Origin: a virus
Direction: 5' to 3' (one strand)
UHGV virus genome: UHGV-1383670
DNA: 61,667 bases
Positions 58,301-61,667 of this stretch are shown piece after piece; positions within the stretch are counted from its first letter, which is position 1, and each line of letters opens with the position of its first letter. The notes below the pieces were generated by a model, which worked only from the letters and a program-made list of their open reading frames with translations, did not search any database and was not told the origin of the DNA. The position numbers and the translations under genes were made by a program.

Positions 58301-61300
58301 AGGGTATCTCTGCCGCCGTGGCGAAGAAGACCGGCGAGGAAGCCCGGGCGCCGAGCGCCTCGAAAGCGGCGATCTTCTCCAAGCGTACGCAGTCGCCATA
58401 CTCGCCGCCGACCAGCGCCAGTACGGCAAAAGATGCCCTGGTGACGGCGCTGGCCGAGCGCGGCCACGTCGATATGGCCATGATGAGCGAGCTATACGGC
58501 AAATCGGAGGATGAGATTGCCCGCGAGCTGGGCGACCTGATTTTCTCCGACCCGAATAAGGGCTGGGTGACGCGCGACGAATACCTGTCCGGCAATGTGA
58601 AAGCGAAGCTGGCGCAGGCCCGCGAACGTGCGCAGACCGATCCGGCCTATGCCCGCAACGTCGAGGCGCTGGAGGCGGTGCAGCCGAAAGACATCGAGGC
58701 GGTGGACATCAGCGTGAAGCCTGGCGCCAGCTGGTTGCCGGCCGACACGATGGCCGCGTTCGCGAACCATATCGCGGAAACCACCGACGCGAAGGCCTTC
58801 TACAACCCGGTGACGGCAAAATGGTCGTTCCCCGGGCTGAATGCCAGCGCTGCAGCTGCTGCGCGCTTCGGTACCGGCCGCATGGATGTGAAGAGCATCA
58901 TCGAGGCCGCTGCCGCGCAGAAGTCCCTGCAGGTCTACGACAACCACCCGGACGGCTCGCGTACGCTGAACGAGACAGAAACGCAGCTGGCCAACGACAA
59001 GGCGAACGCCGTACGCGAAGAGTTCGGCCGCTGGATCTGGTCCGAAGACGCCCGCCGGCAGACGCTGGCCCGCCTCTATAACGACCAGTTCAACACCGAC
59101 GTGCCGCGCGTGTACGACGGCTCTCACCTGACGTTCCCGGGCAAAATTAGCGACGACATCATTCGCCTGCGCCCGCACCAGGGTAATGCCGTCTGGCGCA
59201 TCGTGCAGGGCGGCTCGACGTTGACCGACCACGTTGTCGGCGCCGGCAAGACCTTCACCCTGATCGCCGCGGCTATGGAGCTGCGCCGCATGGGACTGGC
59301 CCGCAAGCCGGTATTTGCGGTGCCGAACCACCTGGTAGGGCAGTGGGCGGCCGACTTCGTGAAACTGTACCCGGGCGCCAACGTCCTGGCCGCGACGAAG
59401 AAGGATTTCGAGAAGGAGAACCGCAAGCGCCTGTTCGCCCGTATCGCGACCGGCGATTGGGACGCGGTGATCGTCGCGCACTCCTCGTTCGGTAAAGTGC
59501 AGGTTGACCCGCAGGCTGAGGCTGAGTTCATCCAGGAGCAGATTGCAGACCTGGAGGCCTCTATCGAGGCTATCCGCGAGGCAGAGGGCCGCAGCAGCCG
59601 CAACGTGAAAGACGCGGCCAAGCGCCGCGACGCACTGCAGGAGAAGCTGAAAGCCCTGCTGGATACCGAGAACAAGGATGATTCCCTGTACTGGAACGAG
59701 CTGGGTATCGATGCGCTGTTCGTGGACGAGGCGCACGAATTTAAGAACCTGGCTTACTCCACCAGCATGCGCAACGTCGCAGGCCTGGGCGACACCAAAG
59801 GCAGCCAGAAGGCCATGGATATGTTCATGAAGGTCCGCCAGGTGCTGAAAGCCACCGGCGGCCGGAACGTCGTGTTTGCGACCGGTACGCCGATCTCGAA
59901 CACCATGGCAGAAATGTACACCATGCAGCGCTACCTGGATTACGACACGCTGCAGGCGCAGGGGCTGTCGCACTTCGACGCCTGGGCGCGCATGTTTGGC
60001 GAGGTGGTGACGGATTGGGAGCTGTCGCCGTCCGGCAAGTACAAGATGAACAGCCGCTTCGCGAAGTTCGTCAACATGCCGGAGCTGATGCAGCGCTACA
60101 CGTCGTTCGCGGACGTAATCAACCGCGATGACATCAACCGCCAGCTGGCCGCCCAGGGCAAAAAGCTGCCGGTGCCGAAGGTGGCCGGCGGCAAGCCGAC
60201 CAACGTTGTGGTGCAGCGCAGCCAGGACCAGGCGGACTACATCGGGGAGCCGGTGAAGGATGCCGACGGCAATGACACTGACCAGTACCCGCGCGGAACG
60301 CTGGTCTGGCGTTCGGAGAACCTGCCGAAGCGTCCGGAGAAGGGCGCCGACAACATGCTCAAAATCATGTCTGACGCCCGTAAAGCGGCGCTGGATATGC
60401 GTCTCATCGACCCACGCTATCCGGATCACCCGCACAGCAAGGTCAACGAGGCGGCTGACCGCATCCTGGGGCATTACCAGAAGTGGCACGACGATCGCGG
60501 CACGCAGCTGGTGTTCATCGACCTGTCTACGCCGAAGAACGCGAAGGCCGGCGAGGCCGCACGGCTGCGCGACCTGGCCGAACGCGCCGACAACGGCGAC
60601 GAGGACGCGATCGCCGCGCTGGACAAAATCAGTCCGGACGAGCTGCTTGCGCTGGAAAGCGATTTCTCCGTCTACGATGACCTGAAACAGAAGCTCATCG
60701 CCCGGGGCATCCCGGAGGCGGAAGTCGCGTTCATCCACGACGCCAAAACCGAGCTGCAGAAAGAAGAGCTGTTCGGCAAGGTCCGCACCGGCCGCATCCG
60801 CGTGCTGTTAGGCTCCACCGCGAAGATGGGCGCCGGCATGAACGTGCAGGATCGGCTGGTGGCGCTGCATCACCTGGATGCACCGTGGCGCCCGTCCGAC
60901 CTGGAGCAGCGCGAGGGCCGCATCATCCGCCAGGGTAACAGGCTGTATGAGCGCGACCCGGAGGGCTTTGAAGTCCATATCGAGCGCTATGCGACCAAGC
61001 AGACGCTGGACAGCCGTATGTGGCAGACCATCGAAGGGAAGGCGAACTTCATCGAGCAGGTACGCAAGGGCAATACCGGCGTACGCGAGATCGAGGACGT
61101 GGGCGGCGAGGCGGCCAACGCGGCCGAGATGAAAGCGGCATCGAGCGGCAATCCGCTTATCCTGGAAGAGATGACCCTGCGCCAGCGCATCCGTCGTCTG
61201 GAGAACGAGCGCACCGGCCACGACCGCGAGCAGTTCAGGATCCGCGATAGTATCCAGTACCAGCAGAAGCGCGCCGTCTATGCCGAGCGTGAACTTGCCG

Positions 61301-61667
61301 ACCTGCGTAAGGACGTGAAACGCGCCCAGCCTGCAGAGTTCGCCATGACCATCGGCAACGAGACGTTCGATAAGCGTAAGGACGCCGGCGAAGCCATCCT
61401 GGCCGCTGCCGCGAACATGGAGCAGAACGGCATCGCAGAGCAGGATATCGGCAGCTATGGCGACTTTACCCTGCATCTGTACCGCCTGAGCGCAGAACAG
61501 TACGAAATTACGGTGCAGGGCGCTGGCGCCTATACCGCGAAGTTCGGCCTGGGTGCGGATCCTGTCGGTACCGCGATGCGCGTCACCAATGCCGTGAAGG
61601 ATTTGGGCGGCGCCATCGAGAAAATGGAGCAGGCTCGCGACCAGGCGCAGGCGACCGTTCCGAAACT
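52399..61667 (+). CDS. Giant polyvalent virion/ejection protein, 5' ~9.3 kb (3' partial; no stop before the window end). Domains: SLT lytic transglycosylase, DarB-like N6-adenine methyltransferase, SNF2/DExH helicase.
   Basis: GTG at 52399 after AAGGGG. SLT motif LMALGEQESRFNPTA...GLMQY. MTase motif I EPSVGVGNF and motif IV DIAIGNPPFG (nt ~57360). Helicase motifs GAGKTFT, VDEAHEFKN, TGTPISN and QREGRIIRQGN. No frame-1 ORF is reported in the track after 52389, which means no in-frame stop through to nt 61667. Confidence 0.75.
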   Translation, partial: MAQNDFFTTAADRALAEQPSFGLPEFAKTERAPSSIPAGGAVPFQAAFNAAAQRYGVPVNVLMALGEQESRFNPTALGVPTKYGRAKGLMQYIDSTAAGMGINPYDPVQSIDAAARQLRDRLAKGYSMQEAVSAHFAGDDRKQWGPKTAVYGQEVLARAEKFLNGGKASVTQPTPGQQQNGVQPFDMSQEQEAYPAAQSAMENMDQNRLRTQALLDDMNKEEPGRYRALTPDELAQLQQQAQGQQNQQPQQKVGNTDPTPLTVPGEVPQGNKDGNLLTDTGNLLLSGLNTAAKDAKELVSRIPYVGKPIVDAADRFDRWANGKGSEEIFKEWDKNVEASLSPEMVRSRKSAWVVEPGDDLGNGKKATSYSFGPAWSDPRAYMSGMLESLPEMAVTMGGAGRLASMSYKAALRAGASREVAAKAAARTATIAGGLLEGGLGGAQSAREVRDDINKMTPDQLKNSDALKAIMAQGKSFEQARSELAEDAATRAFVVAGIGTGLFGGMGDRAIAKVVTNRAGGRIRSAITGAIGEGLFEEVPQSVLQQGGQNYALQEADPSIPLTKGVANAAGGGLAIGATMGAGIGAAVPHAGTNEVNQQPAAAPVDTVDPTPTPAEASGPIGRAMQRGAPAAAPVETPAVQTEEAAQPAQPTQAEQPAASANEFMGPVGAATTVTPKEDPAGAFAGTVERYQDGDVIVRGEDGSVYQFGPGDVIPPDLQQAQTQQQEAQPATETASNEGEKPEVGRVVEEERPATRTLDQMEEPELRERLKYLARQAKQTGWDNRLMAERRKVEAAIDAKTKQAVPGNDKEQGAPVSGEKPADNAGAARSDVARAEPAAGETGPAAVTGNEQDMGAGGAADVASAGDRSLTTSQPAADAKVKWFGTAEKAQAYIEKKGLGGSHEVRPAGRSRFEVQPKGENVQDAPAAAATTKELTGAGPRYNRARKLVGEIGSAVSPSGDVGTSVKAGRKYRISRIEKNGIVHLVDQESADSARISVAEMEAARSRNVAWNKVAETQRQKEDAARARYGLEPQEFIDRNLGEMVQTAQDETERALATAKDVQDGLDGLIDDVRKDANAIDGEVVARSVAETASSAPKGQQRLTDESRATRPDVVGEIYSPTEDIARTAKAGRNYELIEKGASGYIRLRDVESGAEMNIPAGVLQQNEGNWIARNAEDSAPGAAKTEPQTAETATDQPESASEQARTSENAPKTEYGATNKLVSQDRAAELRKKLKAKFSQLNSGLDPEILAIGTELAVFHLEAGVRKFADFARTMASDLDVPLNRLRPYLRSWYNGGRDMMEDSGISIEGMDSPETVRAELAKLNTEEQPQPVSQPAGSLDDMVAQFDREVTTDEPKRLDQPGQGPLEGIPADPVQRAESQEPAGERAARRSGTDTPGNERAGSPGIQQPRSLGDDAREVSVPAGRGEPAAAGQRNEPGSETDAGRNGDSERAVRRERNRPVAGTVAEDRPVGAFTINADEIGKGGDKTKYRNNVAAIRLLKELETANRPATREEQAILSKYVGWGGLPQAFERTDGSANKGWEKEVADLKALMTPEEYRAAQSSTKNAHYTSPEIVSGMWDAMRRLGFTGGRVIEPSVGVGNFFGLMPADVRAASALHGVELDHITSGIATQLYPEAKIARMGYQDYVIPDGYFDIAIGNPPFGADKLYDGRRKDLSGFNIHNYFFARSVDALRPGGVLGMVVTNRMLDSASDKARQYIADRADFLGAIRLPNNAFAKNAGTEVTTDIIFLRRRAEGEAPAGAQWMNTVDYTDKEGRTVPLNEYFAANPDMMLGDFGAYGSMYREGEPALVAREGQNTAAELAKAIARLPENIITRVESVKPETRATVAAENARVGSMFLDGDQVMIRRDDVMGESQGEAVSFPNEKARQRVTGMIGLRDHLADLRKLQLDPRADETRIEAARGRLNQVYDAFVKEFGPVNLDANKRLFRDDPTWPQISALEEGFDKGISAAVAKKTGEEARAPSASKAAIFSKRTQSPYSPPTSASTAKDALVTALAERGHVDMAMMSELYGKSEDEIARELGDLIFSDPNKGWVTRDEYLSGNVKAKLAQARERAQTDPAYARNVEALEAVQPKDIEAVDISVKPGASWLPADTMAAFANHIAETTDAKAFYNPVTAKWSFPGLNASAAAAARFGTGRMDVKSIIEAAAAQKSLQVYDNHPDGSRTLNETETQLANDKANAVREEFGRWIWSEDARRQTLARLYNDQFNTDVPRVYDGSHLTFPGKISDDIIRLRPHQGNAVWRIVQGGSTLTDHVVGAGKTFTLIAAAMELRRMGLARKPVFAVPNHLVGQWAADFVKLYPGANVLAATKKDFEKENRKRLFARIATGDWDAVIVAHSSFGKVQVDPQAEAEFIQEQIADLEASIEAIREAEGRSSRNVKDAAKRRDALQEKLKALLDTENKDDSLYWNELGIDALFVDEAHEFKNLAYSTSMRNVAGLGDTKGSQKAMDMFMKVRQVLKATGGRNVVFATGTPISNTMAEMYTMQRYLDYDTLQAQGLSHFDAWARMFGEVVTDWELSPSGKYKMNSRFAKFVNMPELMQRYTSFADVINRDDINRQLAAQGKKLPVPKVAGGKPTNVVVQRSQDQADYIGEPVKDADGNDTDQYPRGTLVWRSENLPKRPEKGADNMLKIMSDARKAALDMRLIDPRYPDHPHSKVNEAADRILGHYQKWHDDRGTQLVFIDLSTPKNAKAGEAARLRDLAERADNGDEDAIAALDKISPDELLALESDFSVYDDLKQKLIARGIPEAEVAFIHDAKTELQKEELFGKVRTGRIRVLLGSTAKMGAGMNVQDRLVALHHLDAPWRPSDLEQREGRIIRQGNRLYERDPEGFEVHIERYATKQTLDSRMWQTIEGKANFIEQVRKGNTGVREIEDVGGEAANAAEMKAASSGNPLILEEMTLRQRIRRLENERTGHDREQFRIRDSIQYQQKRAVYAERELADLRKDVKRAQPAEFAMTIGNETFDKRKDAGEAILAAAANMEQNGIAEQDIGSYGDFTLHLYRLSAEQYEITVQGAGAYTAKFGLGADPVGTAMRVTNAVKDLGGAIEKMEQARDQAQATVPK

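Noticed and set aside
1-61667. CRISPR arrays, rRNA, tRNA, transposases/IS elements
   Set aside because: No spacer-repeat periodicity, rRNA-like conserved blocks, cloverleaf candidates or IS inverted repeats with a transposase ORF were seen.

Overview
This 61.7-kb window reads as an essentially complete lambdoid temperate phage genome in its non-integrated (episomal or circularly permuted) form. Nearly every stretch is phage-coding, and phage genes lie on both sides of the integrase. Gene order, left to right:
(1) 1-3991: the 3' 1.3 kb... actually the 3' ~4 kb (~1330 aa) of a giant ORF, ending with an HExxH zincin-like region.
(2) 4258-6072: a lysis cassette with a DUF3380-type endolysin, two small membrane proteins, and an Rz-like i-spanin containing an embedded Rz1-like lipoprotein.
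(3) 6267-13977: a leftward lambda-like arm. It holds a P4-type tyrosine integrase, a co-transcribed LpxO-like aspartyl/asparaginyl beta-hydroxylase cargo gene, an AlpA/Xis-like excisionase, many small early genes, and a CI-like HTH repressor.
(4) 13978-19764: a divergent Cro-like gene followed by an early-right operon. The operon contains a DUF1064 nuclease-like gene and an O-like replication initiator that carries iterons, followed by a P-like gene.
(5) 19822-24802: a leftward early operon with an HNH endonuclease, an RHH protein, a possible ANR-like regulator and hypotheticals.
(6) 25541-52389: the late region. It holds the P27-family small terminase, an antisense HTH gene, the large terminase, portal, scaffold and a phage CsrA-like protein. 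After these come the major capsid protein, several structural proteins, and three large tail spike/fibre proteins. One spike carries a GH5 glycosidase domain and two share an N-terminal Calx-beta module. A GNAT acetyltransferase and a PAPS-reductase-family PP-loop enzyme sit inside the internal-virion-protein operon.
(7) 52399 to the window end: a single ORF of more than 3000 aa with no stop. It carries an N-terminal SLT lytic-transglycosylase domain, a P1 DarB-like N6-adenine methyltransferase domain and an SNF2-type helicase.
The reading frame continues in phase across the window junction into ORF (1). This implies a ~4400-aa polyvalent, probably ejected, anti-restriction virion protein, and implies that the window is a circular permutation of the phage genome.
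I saw no rRNA, tRNA or CRISPR. Most long minus-strand ORFs opposite the structural genes are antisense artefacts of GC-rich coding DNA.
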